Below, in pieces: positions 36,591 through 47,260 of a stretch of DNA of 64,000 nt; the stretch's first letter is position 1, and each line of letters opens with the position of its first letter. The notes under the pieces were generated by a model, which was given only the letters and a program-made list of their open reading frames with translations, did no database searches and was not told where the DNA came from. The DNA comes from Oikopleura dioica (Eukaryota; Animalia; Chordata). The DNA lies in contig OU015566.1 in assembly GCA_907165135.1 (NCBI GenBank), positions 3,224,001 through 3,288,000 on the forward strand, read 5' to 3'. Position numbers and translations under genes: made by a program.

Positions 36591-37045
36591 TATTCTCGTT
36601 TTTTCTTATTTCTCTATTTTTTCTGAAAAAATGGATTTTAATTTTTTTCCTTAGAGAGAAAATTGAGGCCAATAAGAGCGCGCCGCGCGCTATTTGAATA
36701 TCTGAGGAAGCAAATCTAGAGAAACCGCTTGAAATTGGTCAATTCGGGGAGCTCTAGTTAGCAAGTTTTTCTAAAAGTATTTTTTTTTGTTAGAAATTCT
36801 ATATTTTTATTTTGAAAAATGGCAAATCATCTAAAACAGAAAGTATCAACAACGCAACGGAAAACGAATATCAAGTATCAACAAAGTGGTTAAACTTGCA
36901 CGACATATCATTAGAGCTCTCTATTGCAAGAGTGCTGAATTTCGCTCATGAACTCATCTAGTGGCGAGGGCGACTTCCGAAGTCGTCAAATTCAAAAACG
37001 AATGTGTTTCTCAATTTTTTCAGAGAGAACTATTTTCATTTAACA

Positions 37046-37680
37046 ATGAAGATAAAGGTATTTCAAGAGATTTTAATGAATAATTTTATTTTATTTAGAT
37101 ATTCTTTTTGCTTTTCTCTTCGATTGCGAGTAAATCGCTGAGCATTCCATCAGCTTCCGCATGGAAAGAAATTCTTGAAGCCTACGACACTGTCCTCGAA
37201 AAGGTCTCTCAAGAAGAAAGTGATTGCCTCGCCGTCACACCGAAGAAAATACGAGCCTTCTTCGAAAGAGTCGAGAATTTTCCTGCAAGAGTGAAAGATG
37301 ACTGCGCTGAGTTTGCCGGATCCGGCAACGAGAATGACTTCATCCGTCCATCAGTCGACAATCCTAACAGGATAGAAATGATGCACAATTTTTACGAATC
37401 GATTAAGAGTTTTCACAACGCTTTCGTCTGCATGGACGGTAATACGAACAAAAAATGGCGATCGAAAATCATGGTTCGCTACATCAATCGACAAATTAGA
37501 TGGACAGAAAAAAGAGGATGCGGAGAGAACGAAAAAACGCCTGAAGAACAGCTAAAACTCTTGCTTGAATCAACTGGTTGGAAACCTTTTTGTTTCACTG
37601 GAGAAGCGATTGAGACTTTTTGTAACCCAGAAAGGATCGAGAAACTCGCTCTTCCTCACAAAATGAAGTGTCCTATCTAG
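37046..37680 (+). CDS. Secreted orphan protein, paralog 1; C-terminus truncated by a MITE insertion
   Basis: MKIK-IFFLLFSSIASKSLS signal peptide; strongly similar to 39604-40329; the stop TAG is supplied by the MITE terminus. Confidence 0.8.
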
Positions 37681-38165
37681 GGTGGGTCACTTTTCTAACA
37701 ATTTTTCTGTACGCTTTGTTTTTTGAGCTTATCTGATAGAGCTCGTTGCGCTGATCATTTTGAGCCCTCAAATACCTCCATACCCTTCCGGGAAAATACT
37801 TTTGCAGAATCTGGGAAATCATGAAAATTGAAAAATTTTGGTCAAATTAGAGTCAATTCCGGTATAGTCAGAGCTTTAAAATGTGTATAAGATAAGTTCC
37901 TGTAGTTTCCCGGAGTAGATTCGGGTATCGAATTGACGAGCTTGACGAGTTCTATCTGATGACGTCATAATATCACGTGATATGGGGGTGTGCCCAAAAG
38001 TTATTCTAGAAAAACCATTTTTTCGAACATGAATTTTTCAAAAAAGAACCCCAAAAAAATTTTTTTTCCGAATCTATTGAAAAAAGTTCTTTATTCGGGT
38101 CAGATCTATCACCTGATAAAATTAAATCAAGTTCGGAAGACCAATCATGAAAGTGACCCACTCTA
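37678..38165. mobile_element. 488-bp hAT-type MITE
   Basis: Ends TAGGGTGGGTCACTTT / AAAGTGACCCACTCTA; perfect 8-bp TSD GTCCTATC at 37670-37677 and 38166-38173; absent from the paralogous locus near 40260. Confidence 0.9.
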
Positions 38166-38290
38166 GTCCTATCTTTTCTGAATGCATCGAACCTACCACT
38201 AGCCCAAGTATACTTCTTGGAAAATAAACTCATTTTTTTTATTTTGTCGGCTTATTTTATGCTTTAAAGTTTATTCGTGTGTTTTCAATT

Positions 38291-38530
38291 TTACATAGAA
38301 ATCAGTCGAATCTGCTCAGAGCTCATTTGTTCAACTTTGTACTTTTTCGTGATATCGTCGTGTCTCGCACTCCAGGCGGCGCCGATCTTCGGCACTTGCT
38401 GGAAAAACTCAATTAGTCCGATGAAAACTGTGATCAAGCCAGTAATGAACATGATCCAAATCGCGATCGTCTTCTGATGCGGGCGGGAGATGTAGCAAGT
38501 GACGATGTTGCTGAATGGTTCACGATCTAT
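38291..38530 (-). pseudogene. Duplicated last exon of the connexin (fragment)
   Basis: NIVTCYISRPHQKTIAIWIMF...QIRLISM*, nearly identical to 40381-40620, but the E2 motif REPC is changed to REPF and no upstream connexin exons are present. Confidence 0.8.
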
Positions 38531-38611
38531 TGGCTTGTCGAAAAGGTTGTAAAAGTACCATTTCTTTCGGACATCGGCATTACCAAGTCCACTTAGCTGA
38601 GCAGGCATGCG

Positions 38612-39006
38612 CAGAGTTGCAAATTTTGCTTTATTTTCGCTGAGCTGAGCTGAGCTGAGTGAGAAATTCTCTGAGCTGAGCTGAGCTGGCCTATTTCGGA
38701 GCTCACTGAGCTGAGCTAGCCATTTTCAGAGGTCATTGAGCTGAGCTGAGCTGAGCAGACCTTTTTTAAGGTAGTTGAGCTGAGCAGACCCAAATTCGAG
38801 CTGAGCTGAGCTGAGTGAGCTGATTTGAGCTATTTTTTAGTAGTGAAATTGTGTTAAAATCATTGAGCTGAGCTGAATGATACTTGTCTGAGCTGAGCTG
38901 AGCAGATAAATTCATTTTCGTAAATCAGTGAGCTGAGTTGAGCTGAGTGACTGCTCAGCTCACTCAGCCAGCTCAGCTCACTCAGCTCAGCAAATTTGCA
39001 ACTCTG
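38612..39006. mobile_element. 395-bp hAT-type MITE filled with GAGCT pentamer repeats
   Basis: TIR CAGAGTTGCAAATTT / AAATTTGCAACTCTG; 8-bp TSD GGCATGCG / GGCACGCG with one mismatch. Confidence 0.88.
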
Positions 39007-39603
39007 GGCACGCGATGCATGAAAATGATCGTCTTGTCGAGCTCTACATTGGCATCTAGGTCTCAACCCTTTTCATCCATTTATTCTCGAAATCAATATT
39101 TTCAGAAAACAGCTGATTTCAAAAAGGCTGAAAAAATAAATTTCAAGGGTTCATACCATGATGCCGATGTAAAGTTCGACAAGACGATTATCTTCATGTA
39201 TCGCTCAGAAATCTTTATTGAAAATCGTCTTAGGAATCGAGTCCATTCGGGGAACTAAGAAGAAAATAAGAAGGTTTTTTAACTTATTTTTACAAACATA
39301 AGAGTAGGCTGTTTTCAAAAACAATAAGATGAGTTTTTTAGAGAGCTATTTAACTTCGAATTGACAAATATCTTCTACGTTCAAAAATGGCAAATCATCA
39401 AAAACAGAAAATATCAACGCAACGGCAAAAAAATATCAAGTATGAACAAAGTGGTTAAACTTGCATGACATACCATTAGAGCTCTCTATTACAAGAGTGC
39501 TGAATTTCGCTCATGAACTCATCTAGTGGAAAGGGCGACTTCGTCAAATTGAAAAACGAATGTGTTTCTCGATTTTTTCAGAGAGAACGATTTTCATTTC
39601 AAA

Positions 39604-40329
39604 ATGAAGATGAAGGTATTTCAAGAGATTTTCTTTTCAGAATAATTTTATTTTATTTAGATATTCTTTTTGCTTTTCTCTTCGATTGTGAGTAAATCGC
39701 TGAGCATTTCATCAGCTACCGCATGGAAAGAAATCGTTGAAGCCTACGAGACTGTTCTCGAAAAAGTCTCTCAAAGCGAAAATGATTGCCTTGCCGTAAC
39801 ACCGAAGAAAATACGAGGCTTCTTTGAAAGAGTCGAGAATTTTGGTGCAAGAGTGAAAGATAACTGCGCTGAATTTGCTGGATCCGGCGACGAGAATGAC
39901 TTCATCCGTCCATCAGTCGACAATCCTAACAGGATAGAAATGATGCACAATTTTTACGAATCGATTAAGAGTTTTCACAACGCTTTCGTTTGCATGGACG
40001 GTAATACGAACAAAAAATGGCGATCAAAAAACATGGTTCACTACATCAATCGACAAATAAGATGGACAGAAAAAAGAGGGTGCGATACAGAGAAAGAAAA
40101 AACGCGTGGGAAACAGCAAAAAGAAAAAGCGCCTGTCAAACAGCAAAAAATCGTGATTGGACCAACCGGTCTGCAATCTTTATGTTTCTCTAAAAATTTG
40201 ATTGAACTTTTTTGCAAACCAGAAACTGTCCAGAAATTCCCTCATCACAAAGAGAGTTGTCCTAACTATTCTGAATGCATCGAACGCCCTATCAGTAGCC
40301 CTAAGTTCCCTGCTCTCTGTGGAAAATAA
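39604..40329 (+). CDS. Secreted orphan protein, paralog 2 (full length)
   Basis: MKMK-IFFLLFSSIVSKSLS signal peptide; conserved Cys pattern; ends ...KFPALCGK*. Confidence 0.8.
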
Positions 40330-40380
40330 ATTCAATTTTTTTTTTGTCAACATGTGAGTTTTATTCGTCCATTATCAATT

Positions 40381-40808
40381 TTACATAGAAGTCAGTCGAA
40401 TCTGCTCAGAGCTCATTTGTTCAACTTTGTACTTTTTCGTGATATCGTCGTGTCTCGCACTCCAGGCGGCGCCGATCTTCGGCACTTGTTGAATAAACTC
40501 AATGAGTCCGATGAAAACCGTGATCAAGCCAGTAATGAACATGATCCAAATCGCGATCGTCTTCTGATGCGGGCGGGAGATGTAGCAAGTGACGATGTTG
40601 TTGCATGGTTCGCGGTCGCATTGGTAAGTCTAGAAAACGGTTTGTCTGGTAGACAGGGGGACAGGGGCTTACCTCTGGCATGTAAAGAGTCCAGGCGTAG
40701 ATTTGAAAGTAATACCAGATGAAGATCGCTTCGATAATTGTTCGGAAAAACACCTGAAGGTTTTGTCAGCTCAAAAATCGCGAGAATCTCTTCTTTCGTG
40801 GTCTTACC
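40381..40808 (-). CDS. Connexin 3' exons (TM3, E2, TM4), separated from the 5' exons by the 17-kb transposon
   Basis: VFFRTIIEAIFIWYYF...TYQCDREPCNNIVTCYISRPHQKTIAIWIMFITGL. Removing the element gives ...LAYVTM|gtaaga-54 nt-ttcag|VFFRT in frame. Confidence 0.92.
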
Positions 40809-40811
40809 ATT

Positions 40812-41091
40812 GGGACGTGAAAATATAAATTTTCGGTTTTGACAAAATGTCGTAAACGTAACATTTTCAAAAATCTAAAAGTGCAGTTATGTCGAGCTAG
40901 ATGTGCCATTCATGAATCTGCAAAAAATTTTGGGATTTCATTATTATGAAGCGTGGGCGGGGCGATCTAAGAAAAAATTACGAACTCGCCTAGGGACCAG
41001 GGGTACTTATTTTTTCGGTTTTTTTTTGGGCTTTATTATTCTCTATGATCCAAGGACGCTTCATCTTTTTTCAGATCTAAAATTACTCATC
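40812..41091 (+). repeat. Left terminal inverted repeat
   Basis: Reverse complement of 57677-57956 with 4 substitutions and 1 homopolymer indel by manual comparison; contains a GC box (GGGCGGGGCG). Confidence 0.95.
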
Positions 41092-41615
41092 GTTATCATC
41101 AGTTATTGCCAAATTTCAAATTTGATAATAATTTCGAAAAATTCTTAATAAATGCAAAACGAAAGATTCTTTTTCTGAATTAAATTATCTATTTCTTTAA
41201 TAAAGCATAAAAATGATAAAAAAAAGTATTCTCGGAAAAGATAAACCTTTTAAAAATCGATTTTTATTCATTTAAAATATATAAATACAGTAAATATTCT
41301 GATATCTGCAAGATCACTAGTCTATCACCTGAAATTTGTAAAATCACTCGGATTAATGTTAATGATTATCCACTGATTATCCTTATCAGTGGTTCCCGCT
41401 CTCGGCGAGCGAGAGCGGCATGTTGCGCCCTCTTTTGGCCGCAGAAAAGTGGCATAAAAATCGCTTCCGCTTCCGGAAAAAACAAGTTCAAAGGCAAAAA
41501 TTTTAAAACACCAGGGGTTCAATTATTGACATTAGCTAGTTTTTCATAAATTTTGATTTTATTTTTCTGAAATTTGTGAAACATGGAAAATATCAATAAA
41601 TGAACCCCTGGTTAA

Positions 41616-41950
41616 ATGAGAAAATTTGAAGAGATGAAGGAAAAAATCATGTTCCTGTTGGTTTTGGTCGTCGTTTTGGTCATTATCATCAAGTTTTCAG
41701 GTAAAATTAATGATGAACTATTTATTATAAAATCTAGTTGTATAATTTTATCAATTAACTCCATAAATCCTTATTTTTGTATAAAATTCTCTATTTAGTT
41801 CAAGATGAAGAGGAGTCCGTCGTGACAACTACTTCAACAACAACTTCTTCAACAACCACAGCAACTGAATCAACAACGACGAGGTTCTTCTGTGGAATGC
41901 GTTACCATCGCCGTTTTCATTATCGACTGCGTGATAAAATCTGTCCTTGA
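41616..41950 (+). CDS. Cargo: 78-aa single-TM protein with a Thr/Ser stalk and a basic two-Cys tail
   Basis: Exons 41616-41700 and 41799-41950 (GT-AG, phase 1) give MRKFEEMKEKIMFLLVLVVVLVIIIKFSVQDEEESVVTTTSTTTSSTTTATESTTTRFFCGMRYHRRFHYRLRDKICP*; AATAAA overlaps the stop. Confidence 0.7.
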
Positions 41951-41977
41951 ATAAAAATAACCGAATTTTAATTTTAA

Positions 41978-42459
41978 CCGTATGCGGCTCGCGGGGGAAC
42001 TTTTTTCCCCCGCGCCCCTTTTTTGCCAATTTCTCGGCCATTTTTGGTCCAAATTCAAAAATTCAAAAAGAATAAGAATCAACATCGAATTTCCTATCTT
42101 CTTAGATCATAAAAATGATATGTTGGTATTTTTCATCAATGAGTAAATTGTAAAAAACCGTCAAAAATAGCCATTTTTTGTCTCGAGAACATGAAATCTG
42201 TCTAGAAAATCGAAGGAACGCGCGTAAAGTTGGTGCGTTTTCGTCTCCAGAACATGAAATTTGTTACATAACAGTCTCTAGCTCGCCTGAAAAACGCCAA
42301 AAATTGAAGATTATCTGTCTCCAAGACACTGATAACACGAGACTCACCCCATTTTGCTCCGAAGACGCGTAAAATAAGGCATAAATTCTTCTAGATGGGC
42401 GGGTGAAAAAAATTCCCCCGCGAGCCGCACAGGGGGTGCTCTGACCGAGACGCATACGG
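41978..42459. mobile_element. 482-bp TTAA-flanked (piggyBac-type) MITE nested in the giant element
   Basis: TTAA|CCGTATGCGGCTCGCGGGGGAA ... TTCCCCCGCGAGCCGCA[25-bp insert]TACGG|TTAA. Confidence 0.75.
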
Positions 42460-42583
42460 TTAAACGTAAGTGACTTGTTGATTAGCAGTTCGAACATTTC
42501 GGTAGGGATTTTCAAGAAAGAGAGATTCTTAGATGCAGCAAATTCGATTGAACCAGAAAGCGGGAAGGTTTTTTGGGGGAGAT

Positions 42584-42936
42584 GGGACAATTGTCCGGTC
42601 CAAGTCTTGAGGAGCGCGCTACGACACCGCGCTTCAGTAGTTACTAGCCGAACAGTAAGAGGCGCCAAGGAGCACCCGCCAGAATCAGAATCACGAGCCA
42701 GGAATAAAAATCTCTCCTCTATCTGATGCCATTAAGACTTTTGCTGATAAGAACTAATTCTAGCTAAATGTACTTTCTATTTTTGAGGTTAGGGTTAGGG
42801 GGCACTGAGCAAAATGACAGAACAAACTCATCCGAGGGGGATAGGCTAGGGTTAGTTAGGGTTAGGGTTAGGGCTAGTAGCTTACTGAAGCGGTGTGGTA
42901 GCGCGCTCCTCAAGACTTGGACGGGACAATTGTCCC
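42584..42936. mobile_element. ~350-bp inverted-repeat element with internal TTAGGG repeats, nested in the giant element
   Basis: ~65-bp arms starting GGGACAATTGTCC.GTCCAAGTCTTGAGGAGCGCGCTAC; TTAGGG units at about 42787-42800 and 42846-42873; no clear TSD. Confidence 0.7.
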
Positions 42937-44748
42937 TCCAGCCGTTTTTTGGGCAGATTGCAACGATTCGATCTGTCACCGCGTTTTTAAAGACTGACCC
43001 GTGTTATTACAGAGTGGAAATAACTGCCAAAGTTCGATCCAACCGCCATCGTCGAGGTCTACCTCCGAGTTGTTGGTGGCGAAGTCGGTGCCACTTCCGC
43101 CCTTGCCCCAAAGATCGGTCCCTTCGGTCTCTCCCCAAAGAAGATCGGTGCCGACATCTGGCGCCCGGGATCTTTCCGGCACCATCCGAGAAATCCTCGG
43201 CACTGCCCAGTCCGTTGGATGCACCGTCGACGGCTCCGACCTACACGATCTCATCGATAAGATCAACGCCGGCTAACTCGATTTTCCTCTTGAATAAATA
43301 CTGCAGCTTGAGTTGAGCAACAAAAAAAAACCATCTTTTGGAGAATCCTAGTTTTATTTACGATTATTCTCTTCCTTGTTTCTATGTGCTTATTTGCAGG
43401 GCTAGATGAGTTCTTTTAATGCGTATTTACAGGGCATTACAGTAACGGTTATTGCTTGTGCCGATAAATAGGCTCAGAAATGATGGCAAAATCGTAGCTA
43501 CGCCGACGGACGTGGCTTTTATCAGACTTCAGCAGCGGACTTCTTGGCAAAAGTCCCTTGGGAGATCTGATTCAGTATAATTTAATGAGCACAAATAATT
43601 AAACTCCGTCTGGGACCGTTCTTGTAAGATTCGCGCACTCTTCCTAAAAAACGACAAAAGCTAGATGCGAACAAGTCCAAAGTGCTCAAAATCATCACTA
43701 GAATTCGAAAGCGATTGGGGAGCCAATTACAGTCGATATTCCAGGTGTTGAGGCACCGATGGGAGAAAAGTACTGCGTTGAAATTGAGAAATTCGTGATT
43801 GGAGTGCGCCTCAGAAAAATCATACGGAAACGCCCTTTTTTCTAAGAACCATGCAAAAGTTTTTATCGTAAAATCCGACGCAAAAGATCTTCCAACGATT
43901 CTCAACTATTTTCATTCCGCTGGCTTGAAATACACGATCTGCAAACTTGCTGCAGCATTTCCCGTCCGTTTTTGTACTCGCTTGATTCAAAATTACAGTA
44001 AGACTACAATCCATACAGTCAATTTTCATGCCCGTACTGGACAAATTGCCCTTCCGGGATCGTTTCTGAGCAAGGATTGAGACAGTCGCACCTGTTTTCT
44101 CGGTTTGACTTGGCTGTTCTTGACGGGTCAATAATGAACTTGGCAAACCGCTGACGATTTTGGCGACGCATGTGGCTTGATCTTGAACGCTGCATTTGCT
44201 TTCTCTATCGAGTCATTTTCGCCGCGCAGGTAATTCATCGTGCAATTGCAAGTGTTCTCGACCGTGTCTGCCAGAAAAAACTGCCAGAAAAAATAATGCC
44301 GCATTTTTGGAGGGTTCTTTTTCTCTTCAGCGAATTTTGGCTGGTATCTCCAGGGCAGAGCCTCGAACAACTGGTACATGATTGAGTTTTCCGCTCGCTG
44401 CATCAACAGCCTTTATTATTTGATCGTCGAGAATTGGTGCACGTTCTCGCGAGCTGTTGGAGCAATTCGATAGCTTGCGATCTTGTAGTTCAGTACGACC
44501 ATTCTTTGAACCAAACTCGAAATTATAAACGATCCGGTGGAACTGGAAGAAATGCTCAAGAATCATTTTTCGAGTTTCGGAGAAATAGTGGATTGTGCGG
44601 TGCTCAACGACCCTACTGCTGATTTTTCTAGCCGCGACTGTGATCAAAATGATTGCATCGCTGATGCAGTTCAAAAGAACGCATTTTGTCAGCTGTTTTT
44701 CTGGGTATATATTTTAATTTCTTGGTACTTCGAACACCAAAATTCGAG

Positions 44749-45920
44749 ATGAAAATTCCAGAGCAAAAAGCGAGAGCGATGCGAGAGAGAGAAAGAGAGC
44801 TTCGAGAAAGATATGGTGTAAGAAAAACAAGAGATTTACCACTGAAACTTTTGGCGAGACTAGATAATTTTAAGATAGATGAAAAGTACTTTTCTATCCA
44901 CTACATGTCAAGTAATTTTCCTAATTTCATACATCATGTCAACAAAACTAAATGTCAGCCTAAGTTTAAGAAAAATCTCATCAAAACAGCCGAAAAAATT
45001 TGTCTTACCCATCTTTCTGAACTGAATAAGGCAGACTCTCTCTATCTCCAGCCTATTTTGCTGCCTGAATTTCGCTTGAAAAAAAATTCGGCTTTGAAGC
45101 GTCCGGCAAATATAAAAAAAATCCATGAAATGGATAGTGAAGACCGTGCAGCTTTGGTTGGAAAGAACTCGAATGACATTGTCGCGGAGATTTCGCCAAT
45201 GTTCATCACCAAAGATCATCTGAGTAGCTTAAGCGGAACACAATGGGTGGACGGAGAGGTATGAAAAATAGTCAAATTTTCTTCACTGAACTCATTTTTA
45301 TTTAGGTCATCAACTTGTACATCAAGTTGATCGAGCAGCGATCTCTCCAAAATCCGGGCATGCTTCGAGTACATGCATTCAATAGTTATTTGTATGAGAA
45401 GCTTCAAGAAGCAGGCCACGCTTCAGTCAAACGATGGACGCGGAAATGCAACATTTTCAAGACAGACATCATCTTGTTCCCGATCCACGTTGGCGGGACT
45501 CATTGGACGCTGGCCTTTGCTGACACGAAGAAAAAGGTGCTCCGCTATTGCGATTCAATGGGTGGAGATAACCCGAAATGCTTGTCGATTCTTCTTGAGT
45601 ACTTGAAGGTAATTTTGATTGATCTCAAATGTTTCAAATTGATAATTTTAGACCGAGCACGAGGTGAAGCAAAACTGTCCACTGAGCGATGACTGGAAGT
45701 CCGAATCGATTTCAGAAGAAGTCCCCCGGCAAACGAATTCTTACGGTAATACAGTTTTTAAAAATCACCAATTTAATATCTTTCAGATTGTGCTATATTT
45801 TGCATGACTATTGCCGAATATATTTCCCGCGATGCGGCTTTCGATTTTTGCGAAGATGACATGCCCAATTTGAGAAAGTTGATAGGGTCTCAACTTCTCA
45901 GAAAAAAACTTATGTACTGA
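44749..45920 (+). CDS. Cargo: SENP1/2-like SUMO protease (Ulp1, peptidase C48), apparently intact
   Basis: QWVDGE-VINLY, VHAFNSYLY, VKRWTRK, FPIHVGGTHW (His), RYCDSMG (Asp) and RQTNSY-DCAIF (Gln/Cys); three GT-AG introns keep the frame. Confidence 0.92.
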
Positions 45921-46079
45921 TATAATCTCCATCATATTTTACGATGTTTTTTTAATTCACTCCTCCAATCTTCATTTTATTATTTTTACTCTCTTAGTTT
46001 TACTTCCAGTTTATCATGAAATAAACAGTCATTTTACTTGACATCAGTCTCTTTAATTAATCAGGGAGAGGCAAAAAGC

Positions 46080-47230
46080 TATGGTGTTCAAGAGCATCAT
46101 TGTGCACCAAAAGGAGTCGATGCGAAAATTGAAGAGGGAAATGTGCTCCACCGAGCAAAAACATCACCAAGTAAGAGTCCGTTTTATTTCTTGAAAGAAA
46201 AAAAGTTGCTCATACGAGTTTTTAGCTGATGGAAGAGTTCGGAAAAGAAAAACATCAAGAATACATGGACAAATCCGACGAGTTTGAAAATCTTTTAGGT
46301 AAAATAGAAAATGAGCTTTTTTCGGGACAAAAATTATTGTCCGAGGCCTGCCGGCAAAAAAATGAAGCTTCTTCTGGAAGAAGAAAAAACTCTACGGCAG
46401 GATTTCGAGGAACTACGAGAAATTGACAAAAGACTCTTCGGAAGAGATCGAAATGCTCAAGAAGTTCTCCATGTTGTTAGTCGAGGAAAAACAAGCGCAA
46501 AACAAGAAGGATGAGCGGTTCCTTTCCCGGCTGAAGACGGCAGAGTCAGAAATCGTCGAGCTTAAAGAGACACTCGAAACTTTGCTCAAATAGTTGGAAA
46601 ATGAGCAGGAGCATTCCGCCCAGGTAGAGCGTGGATAAGACGTGCTCTGCGACAAGCACATACAAGAATTGGAAGATGCGATGGAGGAACTCGTGGCGGA
46701 CAGGAAAAAAGTCGCTGAGTTGGAAGACACGCTCGAGAGCAAAATCGCACAGGTGAAGAAACTTAAGGGGTCCCCATTGGTTTTGCGAAATCACGTATTT
46801 TTGAACAGCGCTGACCAATAGATGCTCTTGTACTTTTGAATTTTTAACACTTCTAAATTGTAGATCTATCCTTCAGCTTAAAATATAATTTTCGAAAAAA
46901 AAAATTATCAAGCATTTTAGGCGCTAGAGAGCTCGAAAGAGGACTTACTCGAGAAGAATAACGATTTTGGCTCATTTTCAAACACGCCTCAAGCCCAAAA
47001 AAAACAGATTTTTTTCAAACTAGCTTTGTTTTTAGAAACTACCAATCTTGATCTAAAAATTAAATGAAGGGTAGCTGGATTCCCCAAAAAATGTTTATGT
47101 AATATCGAGACAGGTCGCCAACGAGCTCAAAGCGATGGAAGATCTTGAAAATGAACTCGATCGATTGCGAAAAACGGCCTTGATCAACAAGCAACCAGAG
47201 TTCGAAATTCCCGCGAACTTTTGCGGGTGC
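46080..47230 (+). CDS. Cargo: multi-exon coiled-coil protein
   Basis: A series of short E/K/L-rich ORFs (46229, 46311, 47135) separated by intron-like AT-rich segments; exact model unresolved. Confidence 0.5.
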
Positions 47231-47260
47231 GGGGGGGAGCGGGAGCAAGGTCGAAAAATT

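Noticed and set aside
42787-42873. Telomere or chromosome-healing site (TTAGGG)
   Set aside because: Only a few interrupted units, lying inside an inverted-repeat element; the same applies to (CCCTAA)3 near 20720.
43000-44530. Overlapping ORFs on both strands inside the element
   Set aside because: I could not derive a consistent spliced model or recognise a motif; left unannotated rather than called.
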